The translations under genes were made by a program, and so were the position numbers. From assembly GCA_965219685.1 (NCBI GenBank), contig CBDCOH010000002.1, positions 3,488,001 through 3,552,000 on the forward strand: a DNA stretch of 64,000 bases. Reading direction: 5' to 3'. This document shows, piece by piece, positions 40,653 to 50,820 of this stretch; the stretch's first letter is position 1; every line of letters begins with the position of its first letter. The notes under the pieces are model-generated. The model was given only the letters and a program-made list of their open reading frames with translations. It ran no database searches and had not been told where the DNA came from. This stretch comes from Candidatus Spongiisociaceae bacterium. Lineage in GTDB: Bacteria; Actinomycetota; Acidimicrobiia; Spongiisociales; Spongiisociaceae.

Positions 40653-41975
40653 ATGCTGAACGTGTACCGCCACATGTTCAAGATCCCGGATCTGCGGGGC
40701 AAGATCCTGTTCACCCTCGCCATCTTCGCCCTCTACCGGTTGGGGGCGACGGTCCCGGTTCCGGGGATCGAGTTGGACCGGCTCGACGCCTTGGCCGGCC
40801 AGCGGCAGGGGGGCGCCTTCGGTCTGCTCAACCTGTTCTCCGGGAACGCCCTCGAGAACCTCTCGGTGTTCAGCCTCGGGATCCTCCCGTACATAACCGC
40901 CAGCATCATCATGCAGCTCCTGTCGGTGGTCATCCCGAGGCTGCAGAAGCTCCAGGACGAGGGCGAGTCCGGGAGGGCGGTCATCACCAAGTGGACCCGC
41001 ATCGTCACGGTCGTCCTCGCCCTCCTCCAGTCGACCGGCATCACCTACCTGTTCAGCCGGGGCAGCAGCTTCACCGGAGGGGTGGTGCTGATCGACGACT
41101 ACACGCCCACCCGCGTCGTGTTGATGGTGGTCACGATGACCGCGGGCACGGCCTTCGTGATGTGGTTGGGCGAGCTCATAACCCAGCGGGGCGTGGGCAA
41201 CGGGATGTCGCTGCTGATCTTCATCAGCATCGTGGCGGCACTGCCCAGCCAGTTCTCGCTGATCTGGCAGTTCACCGTTCCTGCCGGGCGCGCCGCCATC
41301 TTCGTGTTCATCATCGCCCTGTTCGTCTTCATGATCGTGGGCATCATCTACGTGGAGCAGGGACAGAGGCGGATCCCGATCCAGTTCGCCAAGCGGATCC
41401 GGGGCCGGCGGGTCATGGGCGGCCAGAGCACCTACATACCGCTCAAGATCAACATGGCCGGCGTGATCCCGGTGATCTTCGCCACGTCGATCCTGTTCTT
41501 CCCGGTGCTGATCTCCACCTCCATCCCCAGCACCGAGGGGTTCTTCGCCACCGTGCGGGAGTTCATCAACGTGCACCTGGCCCCCTCCGGCTACGCGAGC
41601 GGCGCCACGAGCTGGGTCTACATACTGGTGCTGTTCTTCCTGATCGTGTTCTTCACCTACTTCTACACCGCCATCCAGTTCGATCCGGTCCGCCAATCGG
41701 AGATGATCCAGCGCCAGGGCGGGTTCATCCCGGGCCAGCGTCCGGGCCGCCAGACCGCCCGCTACCTGGAGAGGATCCTCAACCGCATCACCCTTCCCGG
41801 CTCCATCTTCCTGGGGATGATCTCGATCCTGCCCGCCATAGCGTCAGCGTTGTGGGCGATCCCGGTGGGGTTCTCCGGGGTCTCGATCCTCATCGTGGTG
41901 GGGGTCGCCCTCGAGACCATGAAGCAGATCGAGAGCCAGCTCACCATGCGGAACTACGAGGGGTTCCTCACTTGA
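40653..41975 (+). CDS. secY: Preprotein translocase SecY
   Basis: SLGILPYITASII.QLL, WLGELIT.RGVGNG.SL, FIPG.RPG. Confidence 0.99.
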   Translation: MLNVYRHMFKIPDLRGKILFTLAIFALYRLGATVPVPGIELDRLDALAGQRQGGAFGLLNLFSGNALENLSVFSLGILPYITASIIMQLLSVVIPRLQKLQDEGESGRAVITKWTRIVTVVLALLQSTGITYLFSRGSSFTGGVVLIDDYTPTRVVLMVVTMTAGTAFVMWLGELITQRGVGNGMSLLIFISIVAALPSQFSLIWQFTVPAGRAAIFVFIIALFVFMIVGIIYVEQGQRRIPIQFAKRIRGRRVMGGQSTYIPLKINMAGVIPVIFATSILFFPVLISTSIPSTEGFFATVREFINVHLAPSGYASGATSWVYILVLFFLIVFFTYFYTAIQFDPVRQSEMIQRQGGFIPGQRPGRQTARYLERILNRITLPGSIFLGMISILPAIASALWAIPVGFSGVSILIVVGVALETMKQIESQLTMRNYEGFLT

Positions 41976-41994
41976 ACGGCCACACCGCCGGGCC

Positions 41995-42552
41995 ATGAGG
42001 CTGCTGTTCCTCGGCCCTCCCGGGGTCGGCAAGGGCACGCAGGCGGCGAACGTATCCACCGCTTCGAGCATCGCCCACATCTCCACCGGCGACATGTTCC
42101 GCCGCCACATATCCGACGGCACCCCTCTCGGGAAGCGGGTGAGGCGCATCATGGACCGGGGCGATCTCGTTCCCGACAGCGTGACGGTCGAGATGCTGAT
42201 GGGTCGCCTGGACCGGGCGGATGCGGCGGACGGCTACATCCTCGACGGGTTTCCCCGCACCCTTCCGCAGGCCCGGGCCCTCGACGAGGCGATCGGCGAG
42301 GACGCCCTCGACGCGGTGATCGTGCTGACCGCTCCGCCGGACGTGCTGGTGGAACGGATGCTGGCGCGCGGCCGGGCCGATGACACCGAGGCCTCGGTGC
42401 GGAACCGGCTGGCGGTCTACGAGCGGGAGACGGCGCCGCTCGTAGGCTTCTACCGGGAGCGGGGCATAGTCATGCCTGTCCGGGGCACCGGCGCCATCGA
42501 GGAGATCACGGATCGCATCCTCGAGGTTCTGGCCGGCCTGTCCCCGGCATGA
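41995..42552 (+). CDS. adk: Adenylate kinase (short-lid type)
   Basis: GPPGVGKGTQA, HISTGD.FR, LDGFPRT. Confidence 0.98.
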   Translation: MRLLFLGPPGVGKGTQAANVSTASSIAHISTGDMFRRHISDGTPLGKRVRRIMDRGDLVPDSVTVEMLMGRLDRADAADGYILDGFPRTLPQARALDEAIGEDALDAVIVLTAPPDVLVERMLARGRADDTEASVRNRLAVYERETAPLVGFYRERGIVMPVRGTGAIEEITDRILEVLAGLSPA

Positions 42553-43322
42553 TCACCATCAAGAACGAGCGGGAGTTCCGCAAGATGGCCGTGGCCGGGG
42601 CGTGCGTGGCGGCGGTTCACGAGGCGGTGGTCGAGGCGGCGGACGTCGGGGTCACCCTCCGGAGGCTGGACGGGATCGCGGCGGACGTTATCCGCTCTCG
42701 GGGTTGCACGCCGTCGTTTCTCAACTACCAGGGATTCCCCGCCCACATCTGCACGTCTCCCAACGAGGTCATCGTCCACGGGATCCCCGGCGACTACCGG
42801 CTGGCGCCCGGCGACATCCTCTCCATCGACGCCGGCGCGGTCTACGAGGGTTACCACGGCGACGCGGCCCTCACCATCGGCATCGGCGACCTCGACGAGG
42901 AGGCGCGCCGGCTCCTCGAGGTCACCCGCCGGGCCCTGTGGGAGGGGATCGACCAGGCCAGGGCCGGGGGCCGGGTCGGTGACATCGGTCACGCCGTGGA
43001 GCAGGCCGCCGCGCCCTACGGCTACGGAGTGGTCCGTGACTACGTGGGTCACGGGATCGGGCGGGCGATGCACGAGAGTCCGCAGATCCCCAACTACGGG
43101 GTGCCCGGGAAGGGCACCCGCCTGAAACGGGGCATGGCGGTCTGCATCGAGCCGATGTTCAATCTGGGTACCCACGAGACCCTCACCAAGGCCGACGGAT
43201 GGACGGTCGTGACCGCCGACGGGAAGCGGTCGGCGCACTTCGAACACACGGTGGCGCTGACCGCCGACGGACCGGTCGTGACCACCGTCAGCGACTTGCT
43301 AACCGCCAGGCCGCTGCGGTAG
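42549..43322 (+). CDS. map: Type I methionine aminopeptidase
   Basis: NEVIVHGIP, GYHGD, GHGIG, IEPM, SAHFEHT. Confidence 0.98.
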   Translation: MITIKNEREFRKMAVAGACVAAVHEAVVEAADVGVTLRRLDGIAADVIRSRGCTPSFLNYQGFPAHICTSPNEVIVHGIPGDYRLAPGDILSIDAGAVYEGYHGDAALTIGIGDLDEEARRLLEVTRRALWEGIDQARAGGRVGDIGHAVEQAAAPYGYGVVRDYVGHGIGRAMHESPQIPNYGVPGKGTRLKRGMAVCIEPMFNLGTHETLTKADGWTVVTADGKRSAHFEHTVALTADGPVVTTVSDLLTARPLR

Positions 43323-43442
43323 CATGACGCGCCGGCCCGTCGGCCGGTTCTTTCTGCGTGCCCGCCTCCCGCCAGCGTCGGGGGGTCATGCAGGAACATC
43401 CTGGTCTCGACGCCAGACGTAAGCGACGCCCTAGGAGCATCG

Positions 43443-43556
43443 GTGAAGGTACGCCCCTCCGCCAAGAGAATGTGCGACAACTGCCAACTCATACGCCGCC
43501 GCCGGCGGGTATGGGTCGTGTGCACCAACCCCCGCCACAAGCAGCGGCAGGGCTGA
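43443..43556 (+). CDS. rpmJ: 50S ribosomal protein L36
   Basis: Manual translation from GTG: [37 protein letters not shown]. Confidence 0.97.
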   Translation: MKVRPSAKRMCDNCQLIRRRRRVWVVCTNPRHKQRQG

Positions 43557-43566
43557 GGAGGTAGAC

Positions 43567-43944
43567 GTGGCGCGCATCGCCGGAGTGGACCTCCCGAGGC
43601 AGAAACGGCTCGAGATCGGGCTGACCTACATCTACGGCATCGGCACCACCACGTCGCGCCGGATGTGCAGCGAGCTCCGTATCGATCCCGACGCCCGCGT
43701 GCACCAGCTCACCGATGAAGAGGTGAGCCGGATCCGCACCTACATCCAGTCGAACCTGAGGGTGGAGGGGGACCTGCGCCGGATCGTGGCGCAGAACATA
43801 AAGCGCAAGATGGAGATCGGCTGCTACCAGGGACTCCGCCACCGGCGGGGCCTCCCGGTGCGAGGGCAGCGAACCCATACCAACGCCCGCACCCGCAAGG
43901 GTCGGAGGATGGCGGTCGCGGGCAAGAAGAAGGTCAAGAAGTGA
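43567..43944 (+). CDS. rpsM: 30S ribosomal protein S13
   Basis: [26 protein letters not shown]. Confidence 0.99.
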   Translation: MARIAGVDLPRQKRLEIGLTYIYGIGTTTSRRMCSELRIDPDARVHQLTDEEVSRIRTYIQSNLRVEGDLRRIVAQNIKRKMEIGCYQGLRHRRGLPVRGQRTHTNARTRKGRRMAVAGKKKVKK

Positions 43945-43988
43945 CGGCGCCCCGGCTAAGCCCGGGATCCTGAGGTCCGGAGGAACGG

Positions 43989-44384
43989 TTGGCCAGGAAG
44001 CAACACCAGAAGCGTGTCCGGCGCCGCGAGCGCAAGAACATCTCGTTCGGGCAGGCCCACATCAAGGCCAGCTTCAACAACACAATCATCAACATCACCG
44101 ACGTGAACGGCAACAGCATCGTGTGGACGTCGGGAGGCTCCGTGGGATTCAAGGGTTCCCGGAAGTCGACCCCGTACGCGGCGCAGGTGGCGGCCGAGGA
44201 GGCCTCGCGCCGGGCCGGCGAGCACGGCATCCGCAAGCTCGAGGTGATCGTCAGCGGCAACGGAGCGGGCCGTGACACGGCCATCCGGACCCTGCAGAAC
44301 ATGGGTATCGAGGTGGCGAACATCAAGGATGTGACCCCGATCCCCCACAACGGCTGCCGGCCCAAGAAGCGCAGGAGGGGCTGA
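43989..44384 (+). CDS. rpsK: 30S ribosomal protein S11
   Basis: [31 protein letters not shown]. Confidence 0.99.
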   Translation: MARKQHQKRVRRRERKNISFGQAHIKASFNNTIINITDVNGNSIVWTSGGSVGFKGSRKSTPYAAQVAAEEASRRAGEHGIRKLEVIVSGNGAGRDTAIRTLQNMGIEVANIKDVTPIPHNGCRPKKRRRG

Positions 44385-44387
44385 CAG

Positions 44388-45005
44388 GTGGCACGGTATC
44401 TGGGACCCCGTACGAGAAAGAGTCGGCGCCTCGGGCAGTTGCTCGACGACAATAAGGCCAAGTACTACGACCGCCGGCCCTACCCGCCCGGCCAGCACGG
44501 CCGGCGCCGCGGCAGGAGGAGCAACGACTCCGACTACCTGCACCAGCTCCGTGAGAAGCAGAAGATCCGCCAGATCTACGGAGTCCTCGAGCGCCAGTTC
44601 CGCCGCTACTACAAGGAGGCCGCCCGCCGGCGCGGCATCACGGGCGACAACCTGCTGCAGATCCTCGAGTGCCGCCTCGACAACGTCGTGTACCGGTCCG
44701 GGCTCGCCCGGACCAGGCCGCAGGCCAGGCAACTGGTCAACCACGGGCACTTCCGGGTGAACGACCGGAAAGTCGACATCCCCTCGTACCGGGTACGGGC
44801 GGGAGACGTGGTCACGGTCAAGCCCCGCTCCAGGGACATCATCGTGATACGCCACGCGGTGGACACGTCCGGGGATCGCCGGACCCCCGAGTGGCTGGAG
44901 GTGGGTATCGACGAGCGCCAGATCCTGGTCCGCGACGTTCCGAAGCGGGAACAGATCGACACCGCGGTCCGGGAGCAGTTGGTAGTCGAGCTGTACTCCA
45001 GGTAG
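44388..45005 (+). CDS. rpsD: 30S ribosomal protein S4
   Basis: YPPGQHG, LREKQK, RLDNVVYR, VELYSR. Confidence 0.99.
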   Translation: MARYLGPRTRKSRRLGQLLDDNKAKYYDRRPYPPGQHGRRRGRRSNDSDYLHQLREKQKIRQIYGVLERQFRRYYKEAARRRGITGDNLLQILECRLDNVVYRSGLARTRPQARQLVNHGHFRVNDRKVDIPSYRVRAGDVVTVKPRSRDIIVIRHAVDTSGDRRTPEWLEVGIDERQILVRDVPKREQIDTAVREQLVVELYSR

Positions 45006-45084
45006 AGCGGCCCCTCGAATCCACTAGTCCATGCACTCCGATCACTGACCAGCCAACGACGCGAAAAACCGAGAGGAAGACACC

Positions 45085-46038
45085 TTGCAAGCGTTGATCG
45101 TCCAGCGACCACAGATCGAGACCGAGCCGGCCGGCGACACCCGGGCCCGGTTCGTCATCGAGCCGCTCGAGCCGGGCTTCGGCTACACGCTAGGCAACAC
45201 CCTGCGGCGGACGCTGCTCTCCCGGATTCCGGGGGCGGCGGTTTCGTCCATCCGGATCGAGGGGATCTATCACGAGTTCACCACCGTTCCGGGGATCCAG
45301 GAGGATGTGGTCGACCTCATCCTGAACATCAAGGGTCTGGTGATCCGCATGGATGATCCGGAGCCTGCCACCTGCCGGCTGTCGGTCACGGGTCCCGGTG
45401 AAGTGACCGCGGCTTCCATCGCGGCCCCGAGCGGCGTGGAGATCGTCAACAAGGACCTGCATCTGGTCACCATGGCCGAGGGTTCCTCCCTCGAGATGGA
45501 GATGACCGTCGAGCAGGGCGTCGGTTACCGCAGCGCCGAGCGGAACAAGCGGAACGATGCGATCGGGACCGTACCTATCGACTCGGTCTTCTCGCCGGTG
45601 CGCAAGGTCTCCTACCGGGTGGAGAACACCCAGGTCGGTCAGATGACCAACTTCGACCGCCTCGTGGTGGACGTGGAGACGGACGGCTCGATCGAGCCGA
45701 GCGAGGCTCTGTCGTCGGCGGGCAAGACCCTGCGGGAGTTGCTGGGCCTGTTCGCGGACGTCGGCGAGGGCGTGGGCCTGGAGTTGGGTGAGGTCGCCTC
45801 CGACGATGCGGTCTCCCAGGACCTGGACCTGCCCATAGAGGCGCTGGATCTTTCCGAACGTCCGAGGAACTGCCTGAGACGTGCCCAGATCAACACGGTG
45901 GGGGACCTGGTGCTCAAGACGAGGGAGGACCTGTTGGATATCACCAACTTCGGGCAGAAGAGCCTGGAGGAGGTGGTCTCGAAGCTGGATGAGTTGGGAC
46001 TCGGCATCTCCGCGTCCCGAGACGGGGACGGCAACTGA
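45085..46038 (+). CDS. rpoA: RNA polymerase alpha subunit
   Basis: [26 protein letters not shown]. Confidence 0.99.
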   Translation: MQALIVQRPQIETEPAGDTRARFVIEPLEPGFGYTLGNTLRRTLLSRIPGAAVSSIRIEGIYHEFTTVPGIQEDVVDLILNIKGLVIRMDDPEPATCRLSVTGPGEVTAASIAAPSGVEIVNKDLHLVTMAEGSSLEMEMTVEQGVGYRSAERNKRNDAIGTVPIDSVFSPVRKVSYRVENTQVGQMTNFDRLVVDVETDGSIEPSEALSSAGKTLRELLGLFADVGEGVGLELGEVASDDAVSQDLDLPIEALDLSERPRNCLRRAQINTVGDLVLKTREDLLDITNFGQKSLEEVVSKLDELGLGISASRDGDGN

Positions 46039-46388
46039 TGCCCCGCCCGAGGAAGGGCAAGCGGCTGGGAGGCAGTCCCTCCCACCAGAAGGCCATCCTC
46101 TCCAACCTCGCCGAGGCGTTGATCTGGGACGAGCAGATAACCACCACCCTCACCAAGGCCAAGGTGTTGCGGCCCTACGTCGAGAAGATCATCACCAAGG
46201 CGCGCCGCGGGGATCTCCATTCGCGCCGCCTGGTGCTCAAGGACCTCCACGATCTGGAGGTCGTGACCAAGCTGTTCGACGAGATCGCCCCCCGCTACCG
46301 GAGGCGTCCCGGCGGCTACACCCGCATCGTCAAGATCGGACCCCGGCGCGGCGACCACGCCGAGATGGCGGTAATCGAACTGGTGTAG
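46038..46388 (+). CDS. rplQ: 50S ribosomal protein L17
   Basis: [27 protein letters not shown]. Confidence 0.99.
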   Translation: MPRPRKGKRLGGSPSHQKAILSNLAEALIWDEQITTTLTKAKVLRPYVEKIITKARRGDLHSRRLVLKDLHDLEVVTKLFDEIAPRYRRRPGGYTRIVKIGPRRGDHAEMAVIELV

Positions 46389-46466
46389 GTACGCGGCGGG
46401 TTGCCCGCCGCTCCGACACGGCATCGGGCTCCGAACCCGAGCGAGTCAAGGACCGGTGAAGTGAGT

Positions 46467-48206
46467 ATGGATCGTCCTCATACGTCGCGATCTTCCCCTC
46501 CGGTTCAAGGCTCTTCCAGACCTTTGCTGTCCCGGCTGGTCCTGTATATGGCCGCCCCGGCCATGCTCGTCGTATCGCCGCTGACGGGATTGGCCTTCCA
46601 TTCTGATCAACGTATAGCGATCTACGAGTTTGCGGTTCGTTTGGGCGCCAACCCCTTCCGGATCATCAGGGAGAACATCGCGGAGATAGGCGACTTCATT
46701 CAGAAGGGCAACTTCCGGCCTGCAGGCCGTTTTGTCTTCTATCTGGAGGAGTCGGCTCGGTTCGAGGTAGCGATGGCCCTCGGGATCCCTCCGCACGTCG
46801 TACAGGGCTTCTTGCGCATGTTGATGGTTGGTCTACTCGCATGGGCGGGTACCAGCCTCGTGCTACTACTCCACAGGTCGGTCCAGCACAACGCGCCGGT
46901 CGAAGGCGAAGCAGGTTCCGGCTCCGCAGGCGGTCGAGAGCAGGAACCGCCGAGAAGCCCGGCCCTGCTGTCGGTGTTCCCGCTGTTGCTGGCCGGCACC
47001 TTGATAGTTATGCAACCACTCCATCCGATCTCCTCCTTCCCGGTGTTCCTGATCGGAATGGCGACCGTCGTCCTGCTGGTACCTCTCTATTTCGCCTCGG
47101 ACAGGGCGATGTCCGGCCGAGGAATCACCGCGGGTTCCTTCATCGTGTCCGCGCTGCTGGGTTCGCTCTCAGCGATGACCTACGAACTCCTGTACCTTCT
47201 CCCGCTGGTCATCGTCACGATGATCTATCTGCGCGCCAACCTGGCCCGTCGTTCGATACGCGACGTCCTCTCGTCTGCCGCGAGTTACAGGTTCCTTGTG
47301 TTTCTCGGGTCGTTTCTGCTGGTCTTCATCCCGAGCAGGCTCGCCATCGCGAGAGCCTGCGCGGCGAATGAGTGCTTCGGCAACACCGAGGTGGTCATAT
47401 CCGATCTGTCGGTTGGCCAGTGGCTGGGTCGCGCCTTGTCGGGGTTCCCTCTGATCGAGTGGGTTTCCGTTCTGAGTAGCGAGAGCACGCGAGGGATCCA
47501 TCCCGTCGGGTTCAGAGACATCGTGGGGAACGTCTGGCTGGCGATCGCGGCCATAGCAATCATTCTGCTGGCGGTGCGGGCCTCCAAGCAGTTCGTCGGC
47601 GAGTTGGGCCGGCCCGCCACAACCGCGCCCTACCGGGACCTGGGCATCTCACTCGTGGGCCTGGGCACCGTGCTGGCCCTGGCGGTGACACTCATGGTCA
47701 GTGCGTCAGAAAGCCTGCAAGGCTGGAACGATCAGGGACAAGGCCTCCATCAGTGGCGAGACACACTCCTCGTCCAGGTCGGTTGGGCATTCATCCTGTA
47801 TGGAGCGCTTGTCCTGGTGGTTTCGGCGCGTGCTGCGCCGGACCGTTCGCGAAGGCGGGCCCCGAGGTTGCCCAGGTCGTTCGCCACGGTGGCATTAGCG
47901 GTCGCCTTCACCATGATGCTGGTCCTCACCTTGTCGGCCAACGACCGGTACGCCAAGGCACAGCGGACGAGAGCGGACGCCAACCTCGTCAACCTCATGT
48001 CGGCTGCCAGCATCGAGTTCGAGCGTACGGAGGAGGGAAGCGAGCGGCGTTGCCGGCTCATCGCCGATTACGCCCCGCTGGCCTGCGAAGGTTGCCGGCA
48101 CAGCGGGCGACGGCTCCTGGAGCAACTCAACAACCTGTCGTTGTCCAGGTACGGTTCGGCGTTCTGCCCCGTGCCGTTCGAGGAGCTCCAAGCCGATCGC
48201 GGGTAG
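46467..48206 (+). CDS. Hypothetical polytopic membrane protein
   Basis: About 580 aa with 10 or more hydrophobic segments; codon usage less C/G-biased than neighbours. Confidence 0.75.
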   Translation: MDRPHTSRSSPPVQGSSRPLLSRLVLYMAAPAMLVVSPLTGLAFHSDQRIAIYEFAVRLGANPFRIIRENIAEIGDFIQKGNFRPAGRFVFYLEESARFEVAMALGIPPHVVQGFLRMLMVGLLAWAGTSLVLLLHRSVQHNAPVEGEAGSGSAGGREQEPPRSPALLSVFPLLLAGTLIVMQPLHPISSFPVFLIGMATVVLLVPLYFASDRAMSGRGITAGSFIVSALLGSLSAMTYELLYLLPLVIVTMIYLRANLARRSIRDVLSSAASYRFLVFLGSFLLVFIPSRLAIARACAANECFGNTEVVISDLSVGQWLGRALSGFPLIEWVSVLSSESTRGIHPVGFRDIVGNVWLAIAAIAIILLAVRASKQFVGELGRPATTAPYRDLGISLVGLGTVLALAVTLMVSASESLQGWNDQGQGLHQWRDTLLVQVGWAFILYGALVLVVSARAAPDRSRRRAPRLPRSFATVALAVAFTMMLVLTLSANDRYAKAQRTRADANLVNLMSAASIEFERTEEGSERRCRLIADYAPLACEGCRHSGRRLLEQLNNLSLSRYGSAFCPVPFEELQADRG

Positions 48207-48224
48207 CGGGTAGCGGGTAGCGGG
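48201..48224 (+). repeat. Heptamer tract (TAGCGGG)x3 starting at a stop codon
   Basis: gggtagcgggtagcgggtagcggg. Confidence 0.85.
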
Positions 48225-48328
48225 CGGCGGGCCCGCGATGCGCCCGGCCCCGCCACCGGAAGCGGCCGAAGGACCGGGGGCTGGTAGCCTTGCTCCTACC
48301 CGCATCTCCCGGAGCTTCGAGGGTACCC

Positions 48329-48808
48329 GTGCTTCATCAGATGGTCCGCGCCGGGCGGCTTGAGCCGTCCTTCTACACGTCACTGCTCTACGACGGCTAC
48401 GCCACCGGCAATGCGGTCCTGATCGTCGCCGTGGTCGGGTTCATCCGCGGCCTGCGGAACCTGTCGTTGCTGGACGCGGCGTTCGCCGCGGTGTCGGGCG
48501 TCGTGCAGGCCGGGATCGTTGCGCTGGCGGTGTGGGCGGCGGGGGTCTACCTGTTCCGGCGCTACGGCCAGATCCCCGTCTCGTTCCGTCTGGTCGGCTT
48601 CGCCAACGTCGCCCTTATCCCTTTCGCGGTCGGCGTCTGGTTCGCGGCCCGGTCGATACAGATTCTGCTGGTGGTGGTATCCGCCGTATGGTTCTTCTTC
48701 GCGGTGCGGGTGATCGCCCGCTCCCAGTTCGATCTGGAGCATCCCGAGGACAGTTTCGTCGCGGGTGCCGGGGTGCTGGCCTGGTATGTCGCGTCGATCC
48801 TGTTCTGA
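48329..48808 (+). CDS. Yip1-like membrane protein
   Basis: Five TM segments; FRLVGFA motif; family assignment tentative. Confidence 0.65.
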   Translation: MLHQMVRAGRLEPSFYTSLLYDGYATGNAVLIVAVVGFIRGLRNLSLLDAAFAAVSGVVQAGIVALAVWAAGVYLFRRYGQIPVSFRLVGFANVALIPFAVGVWFAARSIQILLVVVSAVWFFFAVRVIARSQFDLEHPEDSFVAGAGVLAWYVASILF

Positions 48809-48941
48809 GCGACCCGGACCGCCGGGCCGCGCCGTCGAGGCCGCGGGTCGACCCCCCGGATGCGGCCGGGACACCCACCCGTCCGGCAGCTCGCCGCGTT
48901 CCCCCCTGCCGCACGGCTGATCGGCGGGAACGGCCTGAACA

Positions 48942-49673
48942 GTGGCTATCTACCGTATCGACCTTTCCTACGACGGCTCCGGCTTCCACGGCTATGCCCG
49001 CCAGCGCGACGTCCGGACTGTCCAGGGAGAGCTTGAAGCGGCGCTCGCCCGCATCCTCGGGCCCACCACCACGGAGGTGGCCGGGCGCACCGACGCCGGT
49101 GTCCACGCGCGCCGTCAGGTCGTCTCCTTCTCCACGGACTCCCCGGTCGACTGCGACCGTCTCGCCCGGTCCCTGACCGGACTGCTCGCCCCCGAGATCG
49201 TCGCCCTCGGCTGCGAGCGGGCGCCCGACGGGTTCTCGGCCCGCTTCAGCGCCCTCCGCAGGACCTACCGGTACGACATTCTCAACCGGCCGTATCCCGA
49301 TCCCCTCCGCCGTGCCGTCGTCTGGCATGTCAAGCATCCGCTCGACGTGGCCGCCATGAACCGGGCGGTCACTCACCTGGTGGGCGAGCATGACTTCGCC
49401 TCCTTCTGCCGGAGGGCGGAGGGCGGCTCGACGGTCCGGACGGTTCTCACGGCCGCCTGGACGAGGGCTCCCGACGATCTGGTGCGGCTGGAGATCGTCG
49501 GCACGGCGTTCTGCCACCAGATGGTGAGATCCATCGTCGCCTTCTGCGCGGAGGTGGGAAGGGGTCGCCTGGCGCCGGAGGACACCCCGCGGGTGCTGGA
49601 AGCCCGCGACCGCAGTGCTGCGAGAGGCGCGGCGCCCCCTCACGGCCTGATCCTTTGGGGAGTAGGTTATTGA
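48942..49673 (+). CDS. truA: tRNA pseudouridine(38-40) synthase
   Basis: YDGSGFHG, AGRTDAGVHA, GEHDFASF, HQMVRSIV. Confidence 0.98.
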   Translation: MAIYRIDLSYDGSGFHGYARQRDVRTVQGELEAALARILGPTTTEVAGRTDAGVHARRQVVSFSTDSPVDCDRLARSLTGLLAPEIVALGCERAPDGFSARFSALRRTYRYDILNRPYPDPLRRAVVWHVKHPLDVAAMNRAVTHLVGEHDFASFCRRAEGGSTVRTVLTAAWTRAPDDLVRLEIVGTAFCHQMVRSIVAFCAEVGRGRLAPEDTPRVLEARDRSAARGAAPPHGLILWGVGY

Positions 49674-49893
49674 GTCGGTGGTCGGTGGCCGGCCTGCCTA
49701 GCACGCGACGCCCGACACCTGGTGCCTGGCACCCCATCTGGCGCCTGACCGGGAGGTCCGCTAGACTGCGGTTTCCCCGATCCCGGCTTGCATGCCGCGT
49801 TCAGGTGGCGGTCCCGATCCAGCGCCGAGCCTCCGGTTCGCCTACGCGCTCCGGGGCCTGCCGGGCCGTCCGACCGATAGATCGAGCGAGACC

Positions 49894-50352
49894 GTGAAGA
49901 GACTCAAGACATATGCGCCCAAGCCGGCCGACGTCGAGCGCGGCTGGTTCGTAGTCGATGCGGCCGACCTGCCGCTGGGACGCCTGGCCTCCAACCTCGC
50001 TCCGATCCTCTCCGGCAAGCGCAAGCCCGGATACGCGCCCCACGTGGACGGCGGCGACTTCGTGATCGTCGTCAACGCCGAGAAGGTCGCGGTCACCTCC
50101 AACAAGAGCCGGGACAAGATCTACTACCGGCACTCCGGCTACCCGGGAGGGCTGAGGGAGGAGTCGTTCGAGAACCTCATCAGCCGCCGCCCCGAAGCCG
50201 TGATAGAGCGGGCGGTGCGGGGCATGCTTCCCAAGACGAAGCTGGGTAGGAGGATGATCCGCAAGCTGAAGGTATACGCGGGGCCTGACCATCCCCATGG
50301 CGCCCAGTCGCCCGTACCCCTCGAACTCGGTCTTCGAAAGGTGGAATCCTGA
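49894..50352 (+). CDS. rplM: 50S ribosomal protein L13
   Basis: [28 protein letters not shown]. Confidence 0.99.
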   Translation: MKRLKTYAPKPADVERGWFVVDAADLPLGRLASNLAPILSGKRKPGYAPHVDGGDFVIVVNAEKVAVTSNKSRDKIYYRHSGYPGGLREESFENLISRRPEAVIERAVRGMLPKTKLGRRMIRKLKVYAGPDHPHGAQSPVPLELGLRKVES

Positions 50353-50744
50353 TGGCTGAGGCCCTCACCCAGGCTACGGGCCGCCGCAAGCGGTCGGTCG
50401 CACAGGTCCGACTCTTCAACGGCGCCGGAGCGATCACCCTCAACGAGCGACCCCTGGAGCGCTACTTCCCGACGATGGCCCGCCGCATGAGGGTGCTGGA
50501 GCCGTTGCGTGTCGCCAACGTCGAAGGCCGCTACGACATCGTCGCCAAGCTGCACGGAGGCGGCGTCAACGGTCAGGCCGACGCTCTCCGGCTCGGCATC
50601 GCCCGAGCGCTGGTCGCTCTCGATCCCAGCCTGCGCACGGACCTGAAGAGGGCCGGGCTCCTGAGGAGGGACGCCCGGGTCGTCGAGCGCAAGAAGTACG
50701 GTCTTCGCAAGGCCCGGCGGGCGCCCCAGTTCACCAAGCGTTAG
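50352..50744 (+). CDS. rpsI: 30S ribosomal protein S9
   Basis: TGRRK.SVA, ERKKYGLRKARRAPQFTKR. Confidence 0.99.
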   Translation: MAEALTQATGRRKRSVAQVRLFNGAGAITLNERPLERYFPTMARRMRVLEPLRVANVEGRYDIVAKLHGGGVNGQADALRLGIARALVALDPSLRTDLKRAGLLRRDARVVERKKYGLRKARRAPQFTKR

Positions 50745-50820
50745 TGGCCTTCCAGCCGGACGACCTGCCACACCACGAGGGCGCCTTCCGCAGCGCCGTT
50801 CCCCTGACAGGGGGCTAGGC

